DNA of 64,000 bases from Takakia lepidozioides. Its lineage: Eukaryota > Plantae > Bryophyta. Below are positions 27,451 to 40,475 of the stretch, one piece after another (within the stretch, counting starts at the first letter, position 1; each line of letters begins with the position of its first letter). A program made the translations under genes and the position numbers. The stretch is taken from contig CM060731.1 of the NCBI GenBank assembly GCA_030704615.1, positions 4,402,001 through 4,466,000 on the forward strand. Direction: 5' to 3'. The notes below the pieces were generated by a model. It was not told where the DNA came from and did not search any database. It saw only the letters and a program-made list of their open reading frames with translations.

Positions 27451-28575
27451 CTTCTCCCTCGTCCTCGCGTTGGCCTTGTTGCCTCTATAAATCCATTGTT
27501 CCGACTGATCCATTGCGTAAAAAGATTGTGTCTACATCACGCCTAAAATCTGTGCATATCAAGAATGCACTGCCCCGAAGCTTGCAAGGGAAAGCTCGTC
27601 AACGAAGGAGATGGAGAGATAGACAATTTACATGCTGAGGTTCCAGAGTGATAGATTAACGCCTGCAATATGCGCGTGAATGTTCAAAAATGTGAAGATC
27701 CGGCGGTGAGGTATGAGCGGGGTTACCGCTTAGTGATAAGCGCGCTAATAATGTGCCATGTAATCAGACATGTAAGATCCTAATTTGTGGCGGGTGTGTA
27801 TGTATGAACATAAGTAGGTATCAGCGATCGTATCGATGAGCGTATCAGCAAGTGTGAATGACCCTTTAGAGTCTAACCTCCGTAAGTGTTCCCACCATAA
27901 GTGTTCCCTCCCTGTCTCTTAACCTCTTTATCTGTTATCTCCCAAGATTTTACAAAGGAAGCGTTAAGTGTTATATGACATGACTTTCCTTACTCCCTCC
28001 GTTACAAAATGACCCTAAATTTGCTTCAAATGCATATATGTATACATATATATAACAAGATAACTTGGTCTAAGGGCATCACTCATGACATATATCAATT
28101 AAACTTGTCAGCTCTTTAATTTTACTTAACTTTTAAACGACGGCGCGACCACTTTTGGGTCACATCATTTTTCTTCCATAGCCCAATTTTTTTGGATGAT
28201 ATCCGATGAGGGTCATCGCTGAGAAGAAAAATGTAGCCGATTTTCTCTAGCCGCTCCAATTTAGAGCTGCCAAAAATAACAAAAACAGGGGTCGTAGAAT
28301 TTTCCAAGTACCAAGAGCTGTAAAAGCAGCGTTGAGCCCACCCACATGGCAGGCAATGGCAAGTGGGAAGCCCCTCGAAGCCTACAACAGCCTGACTCTG
28401 CATACACCCCAAATTTACTGATTTCACATCTGAGGTGGAGAAAATCTCAAAATCCCAATATTTCTTTGCCATGTTGTATGCGTTGTTGTTGACCAAATGA
28501 ATTGCTGTAGGAATTTGAGTTGAGGTCAAAATTGAGGACCCCATGGGCTAGAATATAACAATTTGTAGTTCACAC

Positions 28576-29370
28576 CAGTGTTGGACTGGTATATGGGGGT
28601 GAGGCGGGGTATCAACATGAGTAAGGGTATCACGGCAGGGTACCAGACCAGGCGGGTATAAGCAACTGGCAATACCCCGGGCAGAACATATTGGGGGCAA
28701 TATAGTGAAACGCTAATACCTGGGCTCCTACCATACCAACCTGGTATCGCAAGGAACGCAGCTTTGTCAATACCAGTACTATGTCTACCGCCGTTACTTG
28801 CACCCTAGATATCAATATGTGGAGCATAAGGGATTTAGGGTGCAGCATGGAGAGTTGCGGCTCTTTGATTGAGACGATCTGAATGGCGATTTTGGCGAAA
28901 ATTTGCTTAGGCTTGGAGCATTGTCTCATTTATCAGCCTGTAATATGGCTCTTGTAAGGTGACCTCAAATTACCTGAGGTGAGATCCTGCTCCTTGTTAT
29001 TATGAATTGCGGCACTCAGCCGCTGAGGTGAGCGCTTCAGCCCATGAGGTGATCACTTCAGCGGCTGAAGTGCTAACCTCAGCGGTATAATTTGGACATA
29101 TTTTCATTTTCAGTTTTTTTTAAAAATAAAAATAAAATAAACAACTATATTGATACCAGTATTGATATACCCCCAGTATAAGATTTGAAATTTGAAATAT
29201 TGATACCATACCATACCAGGCCAACAAAAACAATATACATACCAGACTGGTACATCAAAAGCTTAATACCTACTTTGATACCATTACCTGCCAGGTATTA
29301 TGGAGGCCTCTTCACCGACAATACCATACCCTGGCTGGTATGAAATGTTGATGATACCGGTCCAACAGTG
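28576..29370. mobile_element. Non-autonomous hAT-superfamily element (second family)
   Basis: TIRs CAGTGTTGGACTGGTAT / ATACCGGTCCAACAGTG; perfect 8-bp TSD GTTCACAC at 28568-28575 and 29371-29378; many ATACC/GGTAT subterminal motifs. Confidence 0.88.
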
Positions 29371-31507
29371 GTTCACACCCCCGAATTTCACATACAAAGG
29401 ACCCCCTTCAAATTCTTGGCGTATGGGGATGATATGTGAGTCCTAAACCATGTTTGTGCCCTAGAGGTCGAGCTTGGTCAAAGGTTTTTTGGGGGGGTAC
29501 ATATAGAGTTCATGTGGAAATACCACATACAGAAATGGCCCTACCTACTCCCCCAAAAAAAAGTGTTCTCTTTTTCGCTCACTATTGCAGAACTCTCTAT
29601 GGAGAGTGCATGAAGTAGAACACAAATCAAGTTTGGAGTGTAAAACAAGGAAGAAACTGTGGTTTTGGGTCCAAATGAATTTTGATCGCTCCCAAATTTG
29701 GCACGCACATTGCATATGGCTACATTACACGCCCCATTCAAAAACGGAATGAAAAACAGATCGTGAGCACGCGAAACACAGTCCAACAGGTCCCAAAGCA
29801 ATAGCAGCTCCAACAGAATACATTCAACGGGTGAACGGATGGTTGCCCATCCAAATCATTTTTGTTAGCTTCCAAACTTTGCCAGCACGTTCCAGACACC
29901 CTCTCACAGGTCCCGGACTAATATCAGATCAATCGAAAATTCATTCGGATGGCTCAACGGATGGATGACTTAGGGTAGGAAGTTCCATGCCACTATATAT
30001 GGTTTCTGGGCTGTCCCACAAAAATGGTGGGTGTGGCTTAACCCCTACACCCCCGCAGGCCTCCGTTGACGTTTTACCAAAAAGCGGGCCCGGCCAGAAA
30101 AACTAGCGTAATTTTTGGAAAAAAATGAATCTTGAAAAAGTGACATGACAATATGAAGCCACCTACCCCAGGCAGGTCCTGCCCAATTTTGGAGCCAATC
30201 AGACAACTAGTGCGAAAACCCCACCCATTGCGAGTCTGGTCCATTTTTGGAAATTTGTGCAGCAAAAAAAAACCAAAATGGAGATTTGTGGTCGGGATGG
30301 AAAAAAATCGGCCTGTTGTACCCGAAAACGTGCTGGCCGTCCAACACGATTTAGGCAATCGATCTCGCATGGACCATCCTGATGCAGACACGCAGTGCAC
30401 CCACCCAAAAAAACACCCACCCAAAAAAACAAGAAAAGGCCAAAATCTGCTCCTGGCAGAACTATCTGTGTAAAAAAACGACCAATTTTGGGCCGGCGGG
30501 CGTTTAGGGGTGCCAGGAACATTGAAATTCTATGTGTTAGCTTCCGATTTTCAAACTCTAAGTGTGTAAGTGTGATGTGCGGAAGATTCTACATTTTGTT
30601 AGAATCATTCTATATTTGTTATGATGGTAAATATCTATCTGTGTTACATTTTCTCTAATCCCCGGTCTAACACATATATATAGAGGGTAGACTGTAGAGA
30701 CAGCTGGGTTGCTGGTCAACAGAGCTAAGCTTAATACTAGGAGGTTCGATCACAACCGGCTGCAACATGCAAAATTTGCCAGGTCAACCTCCCGATTCCC
30801 AAAAAATCCCCAAAACTGCAGGAGGATAGTCAGCGTGTTGAAATGGGACGCCTGGATTTGGGGTGTGGGTATATGAAGGGCAGCTCAGGCTGTGTGAGTG
30901 CATCTGTTGTCACAGTTGACCTCCGCAGTGTCTTCGCAAAGTAAGGAGTCTCTTGGAGACACTGCCTTGACGGGAGTGTTGCTGTTGGCCAGCTGAAAGT
31001 GTAAGTGTACTGTTCCAGCTCGTTCACAGTAGATGTACTGCTGGGAACTTGAGGTTCAGATCCGTACAGTTAAGCTGATTTCTAGATTCGATCAGTGTGA
31101 GAAATCCCATACATATGCTCCCGACCCGCTACCGATCACCTCGTGCCCACCTCGTGACCGGTTGAATTTCGTCACATTCGAGACTGGGCTCCTTCGACCT
31201 CTGCCAGCTTCAGGAATTCTGCGTCGTTTTATGACATAGCTCTAGAGGGAGGTAGACAGACTTCGACTGGTGCATATGTCTAGGCTGACTGTGTGTGTGT
31301 GCATTTGCGCGTGCGGGAAATGTTTCGATCTGGTTGGATTCAAGTTGCGGGGTACTTTTTCATGTTCACTACAGCAAGTATGCCACCAGTTTTGAATTGA
31401 TCCCTCCTTGCCCATCCATAGGCCTGATGACGGATTCCCGACCGGTACAAAAATCTGACTATAAGTTTGAATTTGCTGCGTTTCGTTCGCTTTCAGTGAA
31501 TCCAGCA

Positions 31508-33280
31508 ATGGCAGTTCCAACACTTGGCGACAGCAATGGAACATCAAAGGATGATACGGAGACGATAGTGGAGGATCTGGTATGGGGGTTTGTGAAGTCC
31601 ATGGCCTTAAAAGCGGCTATATTGCTTGATCTCCCAGACATCATAGCCAAAGCTGGACCTGGGGCCACTCTCTCTCTCGAGGAGATAGCTGCACAGCTCC
31701 CAAGCAAGGGAGTTGTCACTCACGACTTCCTCCGACTTATGAGAGCATTAGTACTTTACGGCTTCTTCAGCGAAACACATGCTACCTCTGGAGTTTCTGG
31801 GACAATGTCGACTCGGTACGGGCTCAATAAGGCTTCACAGATGTTTGTGAGGCAGAACAACAGTCGGTGTCTTGCTCCAGTAACCCTCATGCAGATGCAC
31901 AAAGTGGCCCAAGCACCGTGGCATCACTTGCATGAGTCAATTCTATATGGGGAACACCCATTCAAGGCAGCCCATGGGACGGTGAGTTTGTTGCCTGATT
32001 GAATGTTCAAAACTGCACATACATGTAGGTCCAGGAGCTCTAAGTTACTTCAACTTAGAGCTCTGTCATTACTTCATATCTAGAAAGTCCTGATATATCC
32101 TGAGATACTCTCGTGAGCCAAAAATTCTACCAAGAGAATGACACAGCATGAGTGACCGCGGCTGCGGAGATGTCCATTTACACGTTTGGAGCCTTGTCTA
32201 ACCTTCACCAGACGCCATTCATGACTAATTTTGTTCTAGGATCCTATATTGGTGAACACTCTTCTGAAGAGGATCTCATTTCCAAGATTGCATCTTCATG
32301 TCTGTCTGTCTCTCACGTACTTTAGTATCGTTATCACGTCCGTGTTGTCACCGTTGTTGCAGAATATGTGGGAATATAATGGCAAGGACCCCGAATTCAG
32401 CGCGGTTTTTAATACTGCCATGTCAAGCGTATCTCCATTGGTGGTGGAAGCAATTAAAACTGACTACAAAGGGTTCAAGGACATCAAGACTCTTATTGAT
32501 GTTGGCGGAGGCACGGGCAGAGCACTCGGAGAGATAGTGAGGGAAAATCCCCACATCCACGGCATCAACTTTGATTTGCCACATGTTGTGGCCGCTGCAC
32601 CAAAAATTCCTGGTAAGAACTTGACATATGCCTTGACGGGAACTAGAACGAAGATAGATCTGCTTCTGGGGATATAATCTCAGTGCTCCAGTTAGCACCA
32701 CTTCACCTTCGGACTGGGGTTTAAGGGTCTGACGTGACTTGGCCACAGCCTCCGGACGGAATTTTCACCCTTCCTAGACTCTGTTTGCTCAGGAGTGGAG
32801 CACGTGGGTGGATCCATGTTTGAGAGTATACCAAGCGGCGATGCCATCTTCATGAAGGTTAGAACATTCTGAACTTTGTAAGAACACAGGAAATATAGAG
32901 TGACATATCCCTCTTTGTGTGTGTGACATGACGTTGATAAATGGGAAGTTGCTTCACAGATGATCATACACGACTGGGACGAAGCCCACAGCATCAAAAT
33001 CCTCAAGAACTGCCACAAAGCATTGCCAGAGCATGGCAAAGTGATAATCTCGGATACAGTCCTACCATCCAACGAAGATCAGAAGGGCAATCCAGCTTCT
33101 AATTCTTTTTTCGCAATTACACTGGATCTTGCCATGCTCGCACATTGCGATGGCGGGATGGAGAGAACAGAGGAGCAGTGGCGGCATCTCATCACAGCTG
33201 CTGGATTCCCCAGAATCAACTTTGTGAAGCTCCCATCCGCCGACTGGGAACCGTGGCTGATCGAAGCTTACAAGAGCTGA
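31508..33280 (+). CDS. SAM-dependent O-methyltransferase, COMT/caffeic acid OMT family. Exons 31508-31981, 32363-32612, 32793-32857, 32960-33280
   Basis: Dimerisation domain SMALKAAILLDLPDII...LMRALV; SAM motif LIDVGGGTG; GINFDLPHVV; GVEHVGGSMFESIPSGDAIFMK|MIIHDW with the catalytic His; GGMERTEEQW. Canonical GT-AG introns with compatible phases. Substrate cannot be determined from sequence by eye. Confidence 0.95.
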
Positions 33281-36200
33281 TCCTCCATCGCCTGCGCTTC
33301 TGCTCATCTCTCGTGTCGACTTTTTTCGAGTCTGGGTTGAAGCGGAAAGGGAGAAGCATGCGACAGAGTTTGCTGCAAACGATATGGGATATATCATCCC
33401 GCAAACTCTTACCAACACGTTGTGATTAGCCGTCAAAATCCCTCCTTGTCACCACATTGGTGGGAACCACTGTGAAAATAAGTGTAGGTCCGCAACACAC
33501 TTCATAAATGTTACCTGTTCTCAGTGTCAAACATGGTCTAAATGTCAACAGCCTTGTAGAGTCAAACCTGGATCGGTGTTATTTTGCTCTCTCTGTAATA
33601 AAACTTTTACTTGCTCTTTCACTAGGTGACCTTGGAGATGTGTTGTTTCATCCATCTATTATTTCATCGATCTAATAACTCAGCAACCCAACAATTCAAT
33701 GGCATTGGCTAATAAGGCCCAGGTTCCATGGGCACTCCCAACCTTTCCCCCCATGCCATAGTTGTCATGAAAAGCTCTTTGGATGATGTGACGAAATGCC
33801 ATTGCTTATGCTGTATTTGATAGAGAGGAGCGCCACATTTTTTGGATGTGATGTGACATATGTGGATGTAAAGTAGCCAAATTTGGATAAGAAGTGCACT
33901 CTTCATAATAGACCGTGTCCCTTAGAGTTCAAGAACATGGGAAAATATGGGATGTAGTTGCCCTTGCTGCTCAGCCTTGCTACTCAGCCTTGCTACTCCC
34001 CCTCCTCTTGAACGCTAACTAATCCATCGGCCCACGATGGAATCTCCCCTTCTAAACATATGAGGAGTTGGTTCCCTGGAAACTAATATAACTGGCCCTC
34101 CTGAAAATGTGTCACCTTGAACTGCCTTGCATGAGGCTGCGGACCCGCATGAGTAAGAGACAGAGATTATGACATTCCGCCCCTTGCTGAAGCCGAGTGT
34201 TTTTCGTGCTCCAATGGCATAAAAAAATGTGTTACGTGAAGCTACATGTTTATCGCGCCCCCATGGCAACAAATTCAAAGGGGCGACCTAGGGGTGCTAT
34301 ATTCTCTTTAAACCAATGAGAGTGTTTTAACCCTCGGAGCAATTTCTTAGGGGCGATTGTTTGGAAGTGCCCATGGAACGGGGCCTTAGTTTTAAAAAGA
34401 ATAATTTGTATTGCAAGCTCAAAGACAGTTGGACGCATCATTATGATACAAATAGGCCAAGTGATAGAAAAGGCCCGGGATTGGGATTTGAATCCGTCCG
34501 GCCTGGCATATGCTTGCGTGGCCCTCCACCCATCCGCATGTGGGGCCATGGATACTACCCATCTGCATTGCTACAAAGGAAGGGCCCTGGTACCAATGTG
34601 AAAATAAGTTGAGTTGTCCCTGCAATTTATTCCATACATGTTTCTTGGTTACATCATGGGAACGATGGGGGACTATTGGCCAGGATGAAGATGCTCAATT
34701 TATTTCATACATGCTATGGGCGGAATTCCTGCCTACAGGTTATGTCATGGGCACACTATGCTGACACTTTGCCAGGATGAAAGTGGCTAAGTCGTGACCA
34801 GGCGTATTTTCATCCGGAGGATGAATGGATTACATCCATGCTCTCTGGATGACTCCCAGGAACGAGGACGAAGGATCCAGTGCCAAGGATGCAATGCATT
34901 CTGGCTTGCATTAAGAGAAGTGTTAATATAGAGTATAAGGGCACAGCTTGGTAATCTGTGCAGCAGGGGAAGCGGTGCCGCCATCTTCTTGGTAATGATC
35001 AATTTCTGGAGGATATGCTTATAAGGAGATCGGTGTGGCATGCGATGGAGCAATCAGTTAACAGGTGGTGCAGTCGCTGCTATGGTGAATGGGTAGCTTA
35101 GGGCTTGCTGGAGGATAATCGTGCAGGGAACAGCTTGGAAGAGTTGTGCTCAAGCCAGGTGAAGGGAGGCCGTACTGTCACGAATCTTGTGCAACCACCA
35201 GAGCCGCCATTGCCTTGATGAACATGATCATGGGAGGATGAGCATGCAAGGGAAACGGCCAGCTGCCAAAGAACAGAGAGGTGGGGTTGCTGGCACAATC
35301 AATGGAGAATTAGGATGAAGAGCAGCTCGACATAACGAGCATCTGCCAAAGCGAATGAGGGATTGGCTTGTGGATGGTGACTCAGGTTATCTGTAAATAA
35401 GGAGGTAAAGAGTGGAATGTACAGATGCAGGAAGCTTTCAGATGATCACTGTCTTCTTGTTATAAGATCATATCATATCTTAGGGTAGATTTGCTTAGAT
35501 AGTGAGATAGGGTAGTTAGTTGGCAAGCTACAGGGGTGTTGCCATAGGCTGAAGCAGGGCCGTCAGGACTTAATGAACGCTGGAATCGTCAAATCCAGAC
35601 GACAAGAGGAGTTAAGGTAGCTGCTGACGGAGATGGTGAGGTGCCATTTTGGGCAGGCAGACCCACCGCTTCACCTGGAGTATAAGACAGATAAGTTCGT
35701 AGATACCAGGCTTCTTTTTTTTGGCACTTAGGAATCGTTGTTGTGAAATTTTGGTAGAGACTCTCAAACTGAGAGCGTGATGAGGACAGGAAAAAGACTT
35801 TGAAAAATTTGGAATGGGGACTCTGGACTTCAAACCAGGATGGGGTGGAGATGAATGGATCTGATGCACATGTTTGTAGGAGTGCTGATTGAGGGCAGAT
35901 GTAGTTCACCCACAGTAACAGAATGCTTGCTGTTTGTTTTGTTTTTGTTCCTTTGGCTTCAGTATCATGAATCTGCATACAATGCGGCTCTGGGATTTTG
36001 ATGATTAGATGTAATGCAATCCAGTGTAGTTGATGTGAGCACTAGTGAGGGATAGTTGTAATCTCTTGAAATCAGAAAGAGGAAGAGGTGGATGGCTGGA
36101 TACAAAGAGTAGGGCACATTGAATGAATATGCTTGCACACTGTAAGGTAATCAGATTCCAAGTTTAATTACTAGAGGTGGATGGGGCTGCAAACTGACAC

Positions 36201-37040
36201 TGATGTAGAGTTTAGAACTGGTTCAGAGTGGACTCAGCATTTGAACTCTGTAGTTCAAATCTAAAAGTGCAAAAGTGAGCTGTTGGGGTGTGTAGATGCA
36301 GATTTGTAGAAGGGTTGGGAACTGACTGACAAACTGGGTTGTCCCTGGAGGCAAACAGTGTGAAGGGTCTGTTTTGGGTGAGAGAAAGACTGATGGAAGA
36401 GCTGATCATGTCTTGTGTGACCAAGGTTTGATTCCAAGGCTGGATTCACTGGATACATGGCTGAATGTGTTTGCATTGCATGTAGATAGGCTGCTGGTTG
36501 GAAGAAAATGAGCCAGGGAATTTTACAGCAGGAAGGAGAGAGAAAAGGTTTGGGAAGGGAGAGAGCTGCTCAGTAAAACGGGTAATGAGGGATGGTCAAC
36601 TAGGAGATAGAGGAAAAACCATGACATCTGCAGAGAATCACTAGGCCTATAATTCATGGCAGATCTGAGTTGTCTTCCTCTTATCAGTGATCTCATTACA
36701 AAAGGGGTTTCGACATGTGTTGCTCAAGGGTGATGCCCACATGGGTCGCATTTAGCTCCGTCATAGGGCTGGTTGTATCACTGAAAACATCACAACAGCA
36801 CCATTGGTGCTGCAATTGTATAAAGATTGTGCAAATCATGAACAAGAAGGATTAAATCCCCATCCATGTTTTCTCTTCCGCTGCGGCGTGGATGAGGATT
36901 TATGAACTCTGATCATGAACGATAGGAGGGAAACCCATAACCGTGTGCCGCTGGTAGATTGCTAGGTTGTTCTTTTTAATGGAAGAAGTACAGTTAGAAT
37001 TACACAGAAGGGGATTTATGCCCCCTTCTTTTCACACTAC

Positions 37041-37459
37041 AAAACTTCTCCATCAAGAAACCTCATTTTGTTTAATGAAGCTTCTCCATCAAGAAACCTC
37101 CATAGGGGAAGCTTCTAAGGAGAGTTCTTAGTAGCCAGTATATATAGGAGGCGAGACTAGACACTCTTCAGTCTCGCCAACACCAGTTCAAGCTACTCTT
37201 GTTTTCAGTTCCCAGTACTCCAGTCCAGTTCCCAGTACTCTAGCCAGTTTCCAGTATCTGGTACTCCAGTCCAATTTCTAGCATTCCAGTATTCAAGTCG
37301 TGTTCCAATATCTTGTACTCTTGTTCATTGTTATAAAGATCGTCTTGATTCATATTTACTCATCGTGAATTACAGCCACGCCGATCTTGACTTCTTGTCG
37401 AATCTTGTATGTCTAGTCTGATCTCTTATTTGTGTTCAGTCATGTTCTTGTCCTTGACA
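37041..37459 (+). repeat. 5' LTR (5'-truncated) of Ty3/gypsy copy A
   Basis: Aligns with the 3' part of LTR 53230-54001; TATATA box at ~37139-37146; ends TCCTTGACA. Confidence 0.9.
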
Positions 37460-37497
37460 GTTTGGCGAGACTAAAGTTTGTTCCATAGTTAGTTAAG

Positions 37498-40475
37498 ATG
37501 GAAGGCACATTTGCAGAAATGGTCGTCACATTGCAGAGTCTTCAGCTCCAGATGTAAGAACTTCGTGCCTCTACTGCCCAACTATAAGTTGATCAGTCTC
37601 AAGATCTTGGCAATGCTCTCAACAATTTGCAACAACAAATTTCAGAGTTAAAGGAGTTGAACAATGGATCTTCAACCTTGCGAGTCCCTACTACAACAAA
37701 TCCTACTGCAACGGTTCCTCCAAATCTTCAACAGATTACAAGGGAACCAAAGGTCAGCATGCCCCTAAATTTTGATGGGACGAGATCAAGATTTTGCGGT
37801 TTTGTTCAACAAGTATGATTGTTCCTACGACTACATCCACAACGCTACCCTGATGAAGGTATTCAAGTGGGATTCGTGGGCACCCTTTTTCAGGCACTGC
37901 CCTATTTTGGTTTGCACCGCTATTAGAGAAAACTTCACATTTACTATACAATTTTGAAGCGTTCATGTCCGAGTTCACTGCAACGTTTGGAGAGAATGAT
38001 AGAGAGAGAGTTGCAGAGACAAAGATGCGAAATCTTTGACAAGGAGCACGTCCAGCTTCCGTTTATGCTGCCGAATTTCAACAACTTGCGTGCGATCTCG
38101 ACTGGAATGAGAAGAGTCTCATTAGTTAGTTTTGATGTGGCCTAAAAGAGGATGTAAAATATTTGTTGCAAACAATGTCAAACATGAGTACACCGAGCGA
38201 ATTCATTACCCAAGTCATTGCATGCGATAATCATTTGCTCGAAAGACGTCAAGAGAAGCGATCTGGATGGTCGACGACGCACCATGCCACTGCTACTACG
38301 GCACCAAACACCACGATCCATCAGACATCCGGTAATGATCCTATGCAGATTGATGTTGTCCGATTCAAGCCATTGACGCAACAAGAAAAACAAATACGGC
38401 GTTCAAATGGATTATGCTTTTATTGCGGAGAAAATGATCACATAGCATTAAACTACCCCAACAAGAGAAGATTCAAAGCTCGGGGCACAACTCAAGTGTT
38501 CGATACGAGGAGGTCGGAAAACGAAGATGTCCAGTCACAGTAGGGACCATGCGGCTGGACACCCCAAATTCCTCACCCAAAAAAAATCTCTTTCTACCTC
38601 CAGACCCTGTATCTTGTTTCACAGTTCCAATAAAAATCAGGATGCAAAATCGAGATATCTCCGTAGAAGCATTTTTGGACTCGGGCGCTTCAGCGTGTTA
38701 TATTGACAAAGACTCAGCGAATCAACACAATTTAACGCTCATAAGAAAGAAATTTTCGACCCCTATTGAAGTCATCGATGGACAACCGTTAGCATCAGGA
38801 AATATTAACCATGAAACTCGACCCCTTGAAGTGAAGCTTAAAAATCAAGCATCACAGATTGTTTTCAATGTCATCTAGTCTCCAACGAATCCTGTGATCC
38901 TTGGACTTCCCTGGTTTGTACTTCATAATCCTGACATCGACTGGCGATCACGAAAAATTTCGGCAAGACAAAAATGCAAAAGTACCAAAGGTATTCAACC
39001 CCTGTTTCTTGGAGTTAGAGCCTTCATGAGAGCTATGAAGAAAGACGCGACATTTGCACTTTATGCAACTCCGATCAAAACCACAACAGACCAAGGTACT
39101 TCGACATTACCCACTCAATATTAAGATTTCAAGGATGTCTTCGACAAGAAAAATACAGACATGTTGCCAGAATATCGACCTTATGATTGTGCAATTGAGT
39201 TTCAAGAAGGAGTTCAACCACCATTCGGCCCGATCTACAATTTATCTCAGACGGAGCTGGCTGATCTACGTGAAAATTTGTCAAAGAATTTCATTCGACA
39301 TTCGAAATCACTCGCGGGAGCACCTATCATATTTATGAAGAAGAAGGACGGATCGTTACGCATGTGTGTGGATTATCGTGGGCTCAACAAAGTCACTATA
39401 AAAAATCGTTACCCGCTACTTCTGATTTCTGGATTCCTCGAACAACTTGGACGAGCAAATTTTTTCACAAAGATCGACTTGAGAGGAGCTTACAAGCTTG
39501 TACGAATAAAAATAGGAGACGAATGGAAAACTGCTTTTCGCACAAGGTACGGACATTTCGAATATAGTGTTATGCCTTTCGGTCTTAGAAATGTTCCAGC
39601 AATTTTTCAACACATGATGAATGACATCTTTGAATTTTTAGATGACTTTGTAGTCATCTATTTGGACGACATTTTGATATTTTCACAGAATGAAGAAGAA
39701 CATGGTCGCCATGTACGCCTTGTCCTTGATAAATTGAGGGAAAAATGACTAGATGTCAAATGGGAAAAATGTCTTTTCCACCAATCTGAAGTCAAATTTT
39801 TGGGCTACATTATTTCCGACAAATGAGTCTTTATGGATCAGAAGAAAATACAAACCATCATCGAATGGATTAAACCAACTTCGGTCCGAGATGTACAATG
39901 TTTTCTAGGATTTGCAAATTTCTATAGAATCTTCATCAAGGACTATTCCAAAATTGCTGCACCATTGACACGACTCACATGGAAAGACAAATTTGTATGG
40001 GACGAGAAGGCTGACCAAGCATTGAAAGGCTGAAGCAGGCATTTACGACGGCTCTAATACTGGTACATGCAGACCCATCTAAACCATTATTTTTGGAAGC
40101 AGATGCATCGGACTTTGCACTTGGCGCGGTACTCTCTCAATACGGTACAGATGGCCGACTTCACCCTGTTGATTTTCGTTCTCGCAAATTTTCCGCTGCG
40201 GAGATCAATTATGAAATCCATGACAAAGAACTTCTTGCAATTATCGATGCTTTTGAGGAGTGGCGTCATCTATTGGAGGGAGCTAAACATCAGGTCACTG
40301 TCTATAGCGATCACAAAAACCTCGAGTATTCTATGAGTGCTCGTGTTTTGAATCGACGTCAAGCGAGATGGAGTATGTCACTAGCAAGGTCTGATTTTGT
40401 TATTACCTACCGTCCCGGACATCTTCAAGGAAAACCAGATGCTATTTCTCGACGATCGTTGCGCCAAAAGAAGAT
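37498..40475 (+). pseudogene. Ty3/gypsy (Tf1/Tcn1-like chromovirus) gag-pol of copy A: gag, zinc knuckle, protease, RT, RNase H; integrase missing
   Basis: [96 protein letters not shown]; many stops and frameshifts. Confidence 0.95.

Larger units (their letters stand above)
20475..27865. mobile_element. PIF/Harbinger DNA transposon, decayed autonomous-type copy
   Basis: TIR cores TTCACACTTGCTGATATGCT (left) and AGCGTATCAGCAAGTGTGAA (right); TTA at both flanks (20472-20474, 27866-27868); convergent DDE transposase and Myb/trihelix genes. Confidence 0.85.

Noticed and set aside
37035-37045. CACTACAAAA as a CACTA terminus at the LTR truncation point
   Set aside because: The motif overlaps LTR sequence and no partner TIR or TSD was found.
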